DNA from: a virus
Taxonomy: Duplodnaviria; Caudoviricetes
Reading direction: 5' to 3' (one strand)
Length of the DNA: 64,000 bases
Virus record (IMG/VR): IMGVR_UViG_3300013947_000035
Coordinates: 14,009 to 78,008 of that record
Position 1 is the first letter of the stretch. The number at the start of each line of letters is the position of its first letter. Below the pieces are notes generated by a model, which saw nothing but the letters and a program-made list of their open reading frames with translations, did not search any database and was not told the origin of the DNA. Shown here one piece after another: positions 10,029 through 19,031 of the stretch. The position numbers and the translations under genes were made by a program.

Positions 10029-10800
10029 AAAGAACCAAAAGAACAATAGAAAGAAAACGTGTACGTAGTACACGCAAAAGAAAGAACATAAGAAAAGGTA
10101 CAAATAACCATATTGACAAACGCTAAACGCTATCGACAAATGATTGATATGCCCTGCGCTGAATCCGTTCTCATACCCACTTACACTATATATAAGTAAT
10201 ATCTACTACTATGCACGGTTTCACAAAATCTCTATCCGCAAGAAAAGGTGCCCCAAAAGAATCAAAAGAACAATAGAAAGAAAAAGGTATACGTAGTATA
10301 CCTACAAAGAAAGAACATAAGAAAAGTTATGAAACATTTTTTCAAAAGGCAAAGTTATATACTACGTATATAAAAGCAAAATTTCCAAAACATCTTCCGA
10401 GTTCTTTTTTTGATTATTAATTGAAAAAAGTAAATATTATATACTACGTATATATTATTTACATTTTTCAGTTAATTTCGGCACGTTTTGTAAACTGTCC
10501 GCGCGTAAAGGAGCTTCTTTTTTTTATCTTCCCTCACGATTTTTCTTCCTTGCGCGTAGATAATTTATAAAAACACTAAAAATTAACTGAAAAATGTAAA
10601 TAATATATACGTAGTATATAATATTTACTTTTTTCAATTAATAACCGAAAAAAATTCTCGGAAGATGTCGGTTTTATCAAATCCTTTATATACAAAGTAT
10701 ATAATCCGAAAATCTGTCAAGTAGGTTTAGCACTCTTCTTATGTTCTTTCTTTTGAGGACGATACATAGTATCGTCCTTTTTCTTTCTATTGTTCTTCTG
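10029..10800. repeat. AT-rich nested direct/inverted repeat region (origin-like)
   Basis: Three ~70-bp AAGAACAATAGAAAGAAAA-[hairpin]-AAAGAAAGAACATAAGAA units (10029 and 10256 direct; ~10733-10800 inverted) flank a perfect 65-bp inverted repeat (10414-10478 / 10580-10644). Confidence 0.9.
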
Positions 10801-10924
10801 CTTCTTTTGTTGTTATCTTTTCTTGCAACAGTCTTTTTGTGAAACATTGCACGGCTGCCTCAAAACATAAAAAACGACGACGGATTCATTCCCGTCGCCG
10901 CTTCCGATTCTTGCTTGTGTTTGA

Positions 10925-11353
10925 TTAGTATTCAAGCAAATCTTCTAACTCGTATTCGAACCAATGCGCTATTGTCGCCATTGCAAACTCGAACTGCCAT
11001 TGCGCCAACCTTATCTTGTTAAATGCGCCGTAACACAATGGGTCATTCTTGTCCATTCCGTCAATGTCCATAGGATTGATTCCGCCGTCGTCTGCGAGGT
11101 TATCGTTAATTTCAAGACGATGCTTCTCAAAGTAGTCGATTGCGAACTTGATGTCACCATACATTTCTGTTCTGACTTTTTTACCATTCGCACTATCGAC
11201 AATGAGTTGTGTCAAATCGTCAAGGTTGTGTTCGATTGCCTCATTGTTCAAATACAAAACTGCTTCCGATACTGCATCGTCGCACAAAATGGAATCGTAA
11301 CCATTGCCGTTTGCTGTTGCGTTAAGTTGTTCTCTGCTGATTTTTTTCGCCAT
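10925..11353 (-). CDS. acidic early hypothetical protein
   Basis: 142 aa; GAGG RBS; own promoter. Confidence 0.8.
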   Translation of the reverse strand: MAKKISREQLNATANGNGYDSILCDDAVSEAVLYLNNEAIEHNLDDLTQLIVDSANGKKVRTEMYGDIKFAIDYFEKHRLEINDNLADDGGINPMDIDGMDKNDPLCYGAFNKIRLAQWQFEFAMATIAHWFEYELEDLLEY

Positions 11354-11507
11354 ATGGCATTTCCTCTGCGTTCGTGGGCTTCATTCGTTCCCTTTGAACA
11401 ATTCTATATTATCACCATATCAAATAATTGTCAACTACTTTTTTGTCATTTTCGTAAACTTTTTTCAAAATATTGTATTTCGGCGGCGGCTATGGTAAAA
11501 TACTCGT

Positions 11508-12278
11508 ATGAAAAAGCAAACTTACACCCCAACCAAAGCAACCACACAACTGATGGCGACCATAGCAAAAGGCGTAAACGAGAACCGCCGCCTGTCCGAT
11601 ATTGACGATGCGATACGCACGGTCGTGAACTCGTATACGGGATTGAATCGTCGCGAACGCTCTCGTCTGATGCATAATGCGTTCGATATGGCTCGTCGCG
11701 TTAAGGCTAACGGCATTGACGAACTCGCTTCCCGAACTGCTTACGACTCGTTTATGGCTACTTCTCGAAAGGTTATGGCTACGGCTGACACTCGGAATAA
11801 AATGGTTACGCTCTCGTCCGATATTGCTGACTTCGAAAACGAAAGAGGCTATGAACCGATATTCTTTGCTTGCTCGTATCATTCGAACTGCTCTTGCGGT
11901 CACGACGATTATCAAGGCAAAATCTACGTCGATAGGTTTTGGCGTACAAAAGTCAATGGCACGGATTATTATCGCGTACTCTCGTATATCAAGAATCGCA
12001 ATATCAAAACCGTTCAATCCGTCGTCAAGTCGCCGATATGGCTGACGACTCGTCCATACTGCCGCCATTACTTCGTCCCTGTTTCGACTGCTGATGTTCT
12101 CGGCTCGTCTCCGAAAAAGATACTCCACGACTACAACGCTTACCATTACACACCCGACTACTACACCAACGATGAATACTTCCGCATTCGTTCTGATGTG
12201 TATACTGAACTGAACCGACTCGTTCCTGCACCTGAATTCAAGACGATGATAGAACGCAGTCGCCGCCGCAGACATTAA
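11508..12278 (+). CDS. minor capsid / head morphogenesis protein (gp7/MuF-like)
   Basis: CSYH-x-C-x-C-x-H..YQGKIY and TRPYCRHYF metal-binding motifs typical of minor capsid protein 2 / gp7 C-terminal domains. Confidence 0.7.
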   Translation: MKKQTYTPTKATTQLMATIAKGVNENRRLSDIDDAIRTVVNSYTGLNRRERSRLMHNAFDMARRVKANGIDELASRTAYDSFMATSRKVMATADTRNKMVTLSSDIADFENERGYEPIFFACSYHSNCSCGHDDYQGKIYVDRFWRTKVNGTDYYRVLSYIKNRNIKTVQSVVKSPIWLTTRPYCRHYFVPVSTADVLGSSPKKILHDYNAYHYTPDYYTNDEYFRIRSDVYTELNRLVPAPEFKTMIERSRRRRH

Positions 12279-12331
12279 GCACGGCTGACGACGTAAAAGA
12301 AAAGCGACGGATTTGCTGCCGTCGCTCTTTT

Positions 12332-12583
12332 TTATTCCTCATCATCCTCCTCGTCTTCGTCCTCGTTGCCGATTCCCAACCATTCGTAAACAGTTTCGGA
12401 ATCGAACCTTAGTAAGTCGTTCAACTCTGTTTCGGTGATTCCGTCGGGATACATTTCTTCGAGAATGTTTTCGAGTTGTTCCCAACCGTCTTCGCCCTTT
12501 TCTTCCCAAATACGATTTGCCGTATCGACTGCGCCGCTCCAAAACTTAAAATTCGCCAAACTTGTTTCGCTGATAATTTTCAT
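12332..12583 (-). CDS. highly acidic early protein (DNA-mimic candidate)
   Basis: 83 aa, 27 D/E vs 5 K/R; F-x-FWSGA and TELNDLLRF motifs. Confidence 0.8.
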   Translation of the reverse strand: MKIISETSLANFKFWSGAVDTANRIWEEKGEDGWEQLENILEEMYPDGITETELNDLLRFDSETVYEWLGIGNEDEDEEDDEE

Positions 12584-12881
12584 AATGATTTTCTCCTTTC
12601 GTTTCGGGACTCTTTCGTTCCCTTTGAACGATTATATATTATCATAATACCAAACCGTTGTCAAGAGGTTTTTGAAAATATTTTAGATAATTTCATTTTT
12701 GCCCATTCAACGGGTAAAAATCACTTGTCGCTTTCGACAACGCTTTGCACGGGGCTTGTTTTCCAGCGACAAATTTTTTTTTGATGCGCGTTTCCAGCGA
12801 CAAGGGTTTTGCACGGTTGCGTTTTTCAAAGACAAAAAAAATAGCGGTCGATTTTCTCAACCGCTACTTCCTATTGTTTTT

Positions 12882-13181
12882 TTATGCAAGCAATGCAATT
12901 TGCGCTTCCGCTTTCTTCGATGTCATTATGCAACCTTTACCAAACACAACTTCGCCCGCTTTCTTTGCTTTTTCGATGTTCCCAACGAGTTCAAGAGGTA
13001 CGATTCCGTAAACCTCATAATCGCCAACACCCTCAACCCAAAAGCCCATATTAGTTTTGTTGTCGTAACATCTTCCGAGTTTGCAACCCCATTGAATTGC
13101 CCATACGTTATAAAGTCTTGAATCGATAACCATTGTGATGTCACCTTTGAAAAATCCTTTGTTACTTGTGATTGATGTCAT
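12882..13181 (-). CDS. early hypothetical protein
   Basis: AAGGAG RBS favours start at 13181 (MTSITSNKGFF); first cassette of the leftward array. Confidence 0.8.
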   Translation of the reverse strand: MTSITSNKGFFKGDITMVIDSRLYNVWAIQWGCKLGRCYDNKTNMGFWVEGVGDYEVYGIVPLELVGNIEKAKKAGEVVFGKGCIMTSKKAEAQIALLA

Positions 13182-13476
13182 AATCGTATCTCCTTTCGCT
13201 TCGGTTGCTGATTCCCTCAACCTCTTTACATTTACAATTATATCACCATAGCAAATATTTGTAAAGCGATTTTAGCATATTAAATCAAAAAAAATAATTT
13301 TTTTTCGAGCCCGTATCTGCGCCCGATTCCGCCGACGCACTCAAAGCCGATTCCTTGCACGGTAGCCGTTGAGACGAACACTTTATCTATGCCACGCCGA
13401 CACTGCCCTAATGCTCGCTACAAGCCGTTATATGCCCACACAAGCCCACAAGCGCAAGACCAAATAAGGACCGATA

Positions 13477-13553
13477 GGGGGTAGGGGTAGCAAGGGGTTT
13501 CGAGAGGGGGGGTGGGTATCATATAATGCTTCCCCGTCCCCGACCCCACCCCC
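13477..13553. other. paired G-quadruplex-forming tracts on opposite strands
   Basis: G5-TA-G4-N6-G4-N8-G7-T-G3 (13477-13516) followed by C4-GT-C4-GA-C4-A-C5 (13532-13553). Confidence 0.7.
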
Positions 13554-13838
13554 GCGAACGGATTTGACACACAGAGGGTATGCGTCAGCGTACTCTCTTG
13601 GATTCAGCTCACCCCGTCTCGAAAATTTTGCAGGTCGGGAATGAGAACGAATTTGACCCAAAGGCGCAAGTGCAACGAAGCGGGAAAATATACAAAAATG
13701 GGGCATAAATATACACGAAGCCAAAAAAGTTTGAAAAAAGTATTGCGTTTTTGAGATTAGTGTGTTAGGATTGAGGGTAGACAGGACCGAAGTCGTAAAA
13801 ATCGGGTATAACTCTAAATTTTAACGAGGTGTAGCAGA

Positions 13839-14597
13839 ATGAACGAAGAAGAAAAGAAGAGACTGAGTGACACTGAAGTCGATAGTGGCGAGAACGCGAA
13901 TGGCGCGGAATCGTCAGTAGCGAGTTCAGAAGTTGCGAACGGACAACCCGAACCGCAAGCAGAAACGGAAACGGAACCCACAACGGAACCCGAAGCGGAA
14001 GCGGCGTCAGTCTCAGATGATAGCGTTGACGGAAGCGAGAACGGACAACCCGAACCCGAACAGGAACAGCAACCGACGGAAAAGATGCTTACTCAGAGCC
14101 AAGTGAACGAACTTGTAGGCAGGGCGAGGCAAGAGGGGAGAGAGAGTGCCTTGAAAGAGCTATATGGACGTTATGGTGTAAGCGACGATACGGAGTTGAA
14201 TGACGTGTTTGGACGTGGACAAGCGTATATGTCTTTGGATGACGATTACAAAGTACAGCAAAGCAGCAACAAAGCGTTGTTGGCAGAGAATGCGTTATTG
14301 AAGACGAAAGTCGACGAGAGCAGGTGGGAAGATATAAAAGCAATCCTCGGCAGCAAGAATTTGGACATCACGCCTGAGAACATTGAAGCTGAAATCCCGA
14401 CGCACCCCGAATGGCGACAAGGCAATAGTGTCAATGTGGTGCAAGATTCACAACAGCAAGCAGTACCGCAACAGCAGCAACAGCAACAGCAAGCGGTATT
14501 GAGAAAGCTTGGAAGCGAATCGACGACAAACGGCGACGGTAGCGAAGAAGAGGAAGAACAAGAACGAGCATTTAGATTGTTCGGCTTTAATAAATAA
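13839..14597 (+). CDS. capsid scaffolding protein
   Basis: Acidic disordered N-terminus; KMLTQSQVNELV motif; coiled coil; just upstream of the capsid gene. Confidence 0.8.
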   Translation: MNEEEKKRLSDTEVDSGENANGAESSVASSEVANGQPEPQAETETEPTTEPEAEAASVSDDSVDGSENGQPEPEQEQQPTEKMLTQSQVNELVGRARQEGRESALKELYGRYGVSDDTELNDVFGRGQAYMSLDDDYKVQQSSNKALLAENALLKTKVDESRWEDIKAILGSKNLDITPENIEAEIPTHPEWRQGNSVNVVQDSQQQAVPQQQQQQQQAVLRKLGSESTTNGDGSEEEEEQERAFRLFGFNK

Positions 14598-14619
14598 GAG
14601 AAGAAGGAGAAAGCGAATT

Positions 14620-14982
14620 ATGACTCTTGAAGAAGCGAAAGCGGCTATCGAGGATTTGAAAGCTCAAGGCGAAACCGAAGACGATATACTCAAAGTTTTG
14701 TATCTTATGTTCACAAAAGGTGAATATGATGTCGAGACATTGAGAGCGCTTATCGGCATTTTGGGCTACGAGTTCACAGACGAATTCGAGGCTATGTCGG
14801 ACGACGACAAGAAGACGAAAGGCTGGGAAAAAGACGATAAGCCCGCAGAAGGCGTTGACAAAGAAGACGTTGAAAAGGCGAAAGAGTTCGGTGACGACAA
14901 AGGCGAAACGGCTGACTCGAATCCGAAGCTGTCCGAAGACGACGAAAGAGAAAAAGCAAAGAAATTGTTCGGACTTGCATAA
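14620..14982 (+). CDS. acidic head-associated protein ending in KAKKLFGLA
   Basis: AAGGAG RBS favours 14620; lies between scaffold and major capsid. Confidence 0.75.
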   Translation: MTLEEAKAAIEDLKAQGETEDDILKVLYLMFTKGEYDVETLRALIGILGYEFTDEFEAMSDDDKKTKGWEKDDKPAEGVDKEDVEKAKEFGDDKGETADSNPKLSEDDEREKAKKLFGLA

Positions 14983-15083
14983 GCCCGATAAAAGATAAAG
15001 GGAAAATACGGCACATAGAAGACGCAGACCTCGTGACAAGATAAAATCAATATAAAATAAAATAAAAAAACGAGGTAAACTTT

Positions 15084-16346
15084 ATGCCTAACAGCAACAT
15101 TGAACTTGTAACCAAGTATAGCACTGAGGCTTGGGATACTGTGTATAAACAAGAATCCGTTACGAGCCTTTTGGACACAAACCCCGCACTTGTCAGATTT
15201 ACTGGCGCAAAGACAGTTAAAGTCGGCAAATATCAAAACGGTGGTTTGAGCAACTATTACAGAAACAACAACGCAGGCGGTCTCGGCGACACCAGAATTC
15301 CGCAACCCGCAGGCACAGAAAAATTCGTAGGCGCATCCGACTTTGGTTATCAAAAGAGCGGTATGAGACTTGTCTGGGAAGAGTTCACGCTCAGATGTGA
15401 CCGCGCGGCGGCATTTGAAGTTGAGCAATTCGATAACGAGGAAAGCGGCGGCGAGCTTGTTGGTCTCGGCGTAACCGAAATCAGCAGAACGACAATCGTT
15501 CCCGAAGTCGACGCATATTGTTTGAGTACAATCGCAGGTTATGCACTTCCGAGCGCAGTCGTATCTGGCGATTATTCGGCAGACGGCGCGACGCCGTTGA
15601 AAGCATTGAACGCGGCGTTCCAATATTTTGAGGAACACGAAGTCCCCGCAGACGACCAAATCGTTTTTGCATCACCCGCGTATATGAACGCACTTCGTAA
15701 CACGAAGGAAGTCACGAAATTCCTCGCGCAAGAAGACTTCACCGCAAACAAGGATATCCGCTTCAAGATTGAAAAATATGAAGGCAGAACAATCGTTACG
15801 GTTTCCCCGCAAAGACTTCGTACGGATATTCATCTTTATGACGGCGGTTATGAATGGGAATCTGGTTCGAAAGCAATCAACTTCATCATCTGCGCAAAGA
15901 GTGCGATTATGCACGTTGTCAAATATGAGAAAGTGAAAGTTATCGGCGGCGATACCAACCTTGCGGCACGTGGCTTCGACGGCTATACCATCTTTGCAAG
16001 AATTTATCACGACGTATTCGTACCCGACAACAAGAGAGTTGCGATTTACGTCAATACCGTTTCTGAGGAGGCTGCGGCACCTGGTATGGAACTCAATATC
16101 CAACTCACGAAGGAAAACAAGATTAAGTCGATTACGACCGTTCCTGGCAATGAACTTTGCTTCGTTGGTAAATCCACCGACACGAAGTCTGACGGCGGTA
16201 GCGGTACGACCACAAAAGATGTTGGTGATACTCTCAGCAACTTCACTTTGGCACATATCGGCGACGCGGTTTCGGCAACGACCAAATTCTACGCAATCGA
16301 TAGCAGCAAGAAAGTCTTGGCGACCTACACTGTTACTATCGGCTAA
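15084..16346 (+). CDS. major capsid protein (HK97 fold) with C-terminal extension domain
   Basis: TGAKTVKV, TL..DRA..FEV..FDNEE and IVPEVDAY motifs; ~90-aa beta-rich C-terminal tail. Confidence 0.85.
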   Translation: MPNSNIELVTKYSTEAWDTVYKQESVTSLLDTNPALVRFTGAKTVKVGKYQNGGLSNYYRNNNAGGLGDTRIPQPAGTEKFVGASDFGYQKSGMRLVWEEFTLRCDRAAAFEVEQFDNEESGGELVGLGVTEISRTTIVPEVDAYCLSTIAGYALPSAVVSGDYSADGATPLKALNAAFQYFEEHEVPADDQIVFASPAYMNALRNTKEVTKFLAQEDFTANKDIRFKIEKYEGRTIVTVSPQRLRTDIHLYDGGYEWESGSKAINFIICAKSAIMHVVKYEKVKVIGGDTNLAARGFDGYTIFARIYHDVFVPDNKRVAIYVNTVSEEAAAPGMELNIQLTKENKIKSITTVPGNELCFVGKSTDTKSDGGSGTTTKDVGDTLSNFTLAHIGDAVSATTKFYAIDSSKKVLATYTVTIG

Positions 16347-16376
16347 TAACCAAATAGCGGCGTAAACTAATCGCTT

Positions 16377-16408
16377 GGGGCGAATTCGATAAAGGGTTCG
16401 CCCCTTTG
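16377..16408 (+). terminator. intrinsic terminator after the capsid gene
   Basis: GGGGCGAAT...GTTCGCCCC-TTTG. Confidence 0.7.
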
Positions 16409-16436
16409 ATTAAAAAGACGGCAAAGGAGCGCAAAT

Positions 16437-17339
16437 ATGGCGACAGAAAAAAAGATTTGGAAAGATGTCCATTCGTCCTCGGCAAAGGAAAGAAAGACAC
16501 CTGAAATAGGTCAATTTGAAGAAGCGGCGGGTGGTGGTACTCCGATGGCGAAAGGTCAAAAAATTGACCACGTAGCAGATTCGCCGAAAGAAGCTGCTGA
16601 ATATAGAGCGCATCATCCTGGTGCGTTGGTGAGAGTGAAACAACCGCGTGATACGGACGGACAATTCACATATAATTCTGCGAATAAGCGTGAACTCGAA
16701 TACGGACCGTCACGAGGAAAGACGACGCCTCCGTTCTTGACTGGTTTCAAGGTCACGTTTGCGAAGAAGTCGGGCAAAGGCGTTGTTATCACACCAGACA
16801 ATAAAATGTTCAAAATGCCCGATAGTATTAAGAGCAAAGACGATTTTGAAAGGGCATACATGGAATATCGCAAAAAAGGCGATAAGTTCATGGGCGTTAG
16901 TAAGGAAGGCAAGGAAATTGAAGCAGGTTCTTTGGAAGATAGAGCCATAGGACGTGGCGGAAAAGCGGGCAAGGACGTAAGAGAGGTCACTCGTGGACGT
17001 CTCGAATCGTATGTTGAATCGGCGAAGAAGATGAAGATGGCTAAGAACTTCCGCAAAAAAGCAGAAAGCACTACGCCAGCACCGACGCCGACGCCGACAT
17101 CGGCAACAACACCGTCTCCGACACCGAAAACAGAATCCACATCGCCTAAAGGCAGTGTCGATTATTCGTTGGCAAAATCCGACCCCGATAGATTCATTGA
17201 AGAAAATATGGGCGAAATCGATAAGCTTATTCAAGAAGCGGACGCGGCTGGATACGAACTCGATGCAGACGCTATGGTTGACGCGATTGCGAGCGGCGAA
17301 TTCAAAGACTTTGACGCAATTAGGGCGACTCTCAAATAA
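16437..17339 (+). CDS. putative virion-associated protein with PRDxxGQF motif and Pro/Thr linker
   Basis: QPRDTDGQFT; TPAPTPTPTSATTPSPTP linker; acidic C-terminal domain. Confidence 0.75.
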   Translation: MATEKKIWKDVHSSSAKERKTPEIGQFEEAAGGGTPMAKGQKIDHVADSPKEAAEYRAHHPGALVRVKQPRDTDGQFTYNSANKRELEYGPSRGKTTPPFLTGFKVTFAKKSGKGVVITPDNKMFKMPDSIKSKDDFERAYMEYRKKGDKFMGVSKEGKEIEAGSLEDRAIGRGGKAGKDVREVTRGRLESYVESAKKMKMAKNFRKKAESTTPAPTPTPTSATTPSPTPKTESTSPKGSVDYSLAKSDPDRFIEENMGEIDKLIQEADAAGYELDADAMVDAIASGEFKDFDAIRATLK

Positions 17340-17405
17340 TGGGGTGAGGACGATAGAGAGGCGAGCAATACTGTGTTTGCCTCTTTATTTTTTCAAAGGT
17401 GAGTT

Positions 17406-18605
17406 ATGGCAGAAAACAAAGACATAAAAGACGTGACCGAAGAAGTTATTAAATCGGATAATGAGAAAGGTAATCCATATCACAAGGGCAAAGGTTCACC
17501 CGAAGGCGGTCAATTCACATCAAAAGATAGTGCGGATTCGGGTAGTAGAGACGGGAAAACATTGCCTTCATTTTTGAAAAAGAAAGGTGAGGCTGTCGCT
17601 TCGGACAGCGATAAAACTCTTCCGAGTTTCTTGAAGGAAAAAGCAAAAGACGGGGAAAAGAAAAAAAGCAGACTCGACATTATTCGAGAAAGAACACAGG
17701 CACCGTCGCTTAAGAACTTCTTAAAATATAGGCAACAACGGCTCGAAAAGATGCGTAAACGGGGCGATTTTAATGCCCGCGTAGACGAACACACAGAAAA
17801 ACTTGTCAACGAAAAAATTACAGAACTTGCAAAATCGTCGAGATTATGCTCAAATGTAAAATTGGAAAGTTTGGATTCGGTTTTGAAAACGGGGCTTAAA
17901 AATCAATTTGAGATTCAATCAAGTCGCGGTATGTATAGACCGACGGAAAGAATGAAGGCTACAAATTTGCTGTTCGGGACAGATAAGATTCAGGTTTTTG
18001 AAGACGGCGATGAAAAACACATGGGTTGGTTTGATTCTGGAACAGGGAAAATCAATCCTGAAACATTCGCATTTGAAAAGTATGGGAATCTTGAAGCCGC
18101 AGACCTAAAAACTGCTATAAAAAACACGTCTTGTTCTCATTATGGTGAAACAAAAGTCTTTTTTAAGGATTATATTAGAGATAGGACCACATTTACTCTT
18201 AATGATTCATTGAATGAAAAAGACGAATCTCAGCCAGGTTATTTGAATAGCCCCGCAGATATAGGCGTCTGGGGGGGCGCGTGGATGAAAAACGATAAAT
18301 TGGATAGAATCAAAAAATGTAAGACATTGCACGAAGCGGCGAGCATTATGGGGTCGAGTGCTGGCTATGACGAAGCTCAAATTCACGGCGTATTAAAGCC
18401 CGAAGATGTTGCCTATGTAAGTTTTATGTATGAGAGTGATATGAGTACATATAACGGCGTTAGGGCTATAAAAACGGCGACGGATATGGGGATACCTGTT
18501 CTGTTCTGCGACAGTGAAGGGCAGGTAAAACGAGTAACAAACGGAAGCGAACTGACAGAGTTTTATCGCCAAATCGAGAGCGAACCATATGAAGAACAAA
18601 AATAA
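17406..18605 (+). CDS. DUF3626-like protein (putative ADP-ribosyltransferase-fold effector) with N-terminal NPYH..GGQF motif
   Basis: LKNQFE..SSRG, R...LLFG, EKYGNL, HYGE, RTTFTLNDSL and YDEAQIHG match the DUF3626 motif order as recalled. Confidence 0.6.
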   Translation: MAENKDIKDVTEEVIKSDNEKGNPYHKGKGSPEGGQFTSKDSADSGSRDGKTLPSFLKKKGEAVASDSDKTLPSFLKEKAKDGEKKKSRLDIIRERTQAPSLKNFLKYRQQRLEKMRKRGDFNARVDEHTEKLVNEKITELAKSSRLCSNVKLESLDSVLKTGLKNQFEIQSSRGMYRPTERMKATNLLFGTDKIQVFEDGDEKHMGWFDSGTGKINPETFAFEKYGNLEAADLKTAIKNTSCSHYGETKVFFKDYIRDRTTFTLNDSLNEKDESQPGYLNSPADIGVWGGAWMKNDKLDRIKKCKTLHEAASIMGSSAGYDEAQIHGVLKPEDVAYVSFMYESDMSTYNGVRAIKTATDMGIPVLFCDSEGQVKRVTNGSELTEFYRQIESEPYEEQK

Positions 18606-18612
18606 AAATCTT

Positions 18613-18649
18613 AACCCCATTGACAGCAATCAGTGGGGTTTGATATTAT
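18613..18649 (+). promoter_or_regulatory. promoter embedded in an inverted repeat (operator and/or terminator)
   Basis: AACCCCATTG-N8-CAGTGGGGTT contains TTGACA(18620); TGnTATTAT(18644). Confidence 0.75.
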
Positions 18650-18681
18650 AAAAAAACAAAAAACAGAAATGGAGGCAGAAA

Positions 18682-19008
18682 ATGAACGATTTGAAACTTG
18701 AATACGCATCGCAGGGCGAGCCTGGTAATTATAAAAATTACGTTTTTAAGACTCGTTTCGGCGATTATTATATGGCAATGAGAGCAGAAGGTAATGTTAT
18801 GTTCTTGGGTAAAGAAATTTTTATAAAAGTTATGGACACTCTCACGCCTGTTACAGACGAAGATTATAACGAAAACGCAAAAGAAGCAGAAAGACTTTTG
18901 GTCGATGTTATATCAAAAAAAGATATGAAAAGAATTAAAGTGATTGTCGTGAGTAGTTTGTACCCGAATTATCAGGGTGACAAAGACAATCTTTTGTTTA
19001 GAATCTAA
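18682..19008 (+). CDS. hypothetical protein, possible immunity/antidote
   Basis: 108 aa; GGAGG RBS; between the putative toxin and the ADP-ribosylhydrolase. Confidence 0.75.
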   Translation: MNDLKLEYASQGEPGNYKNYVFKTRFGDYYMAMRAEGNVMFLGKEIFIKVMDTLTPVTDEDYNENAKEAERLLVDVISKKDMKRIKVIVVSSLYPNYQGDKDNLLFRI

Positions 19009-19031
19009 AGTAAAGGAAGGGAAAACACAAT

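Larger units (their letters stand above)
3505..12335 (-). terminator. family of related intrinsic terminators closing the early cassettes
   Basis: AAAAG(A/C)(A/G)CGG...CCG(T/C) GC-rich hairpins with A-tract on + strand near 3506, 4502, 5487, 6141, 6973, 8066, 8516, 9230, 10870, 12299. Confidence 0.7.
2866..13265 (-). promoter_or_regulatory. array of 16 leftward near-consensus sigmaA promoters, one per cassette
   Basis: TTGACA or TTTACA, 17 bp, then TATAAT/TAATAT/TACAAT on the minus strand at 2866-2894, 3348-3376, 3865-3893, 4382-4410, 5392-5420, 6026-6054, 6857-6885, 7435-7463, 8013-8041, 8409-8437, 9115-9143, 9639-9667, 9905-9933, 11406-11434, 12636-12664, 13237-13265. Confidence 0.9.
2592..13363. 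repeat. dispersed (A)CCGTGC(T) motif, ~25 copies, orientation-polarised
   Basis: Forward copies at 2592, 2623, 2978, 3000, 3040, 3432, 3483, 3949, 3989, 4460, 5466, 6120, 7902; reverse copies at 6954, 7527, 8049, 8495, 9209, 9720, 10212, 10848, 12278, 12746, 12810, 13356. Confidence 0.9.

Noticed and set aside
10029-10800. Possible CRISPR array
   Set aside because: Only three long units, one inverted, with irregular spacing and no unique equal-length spacers or cas genes.
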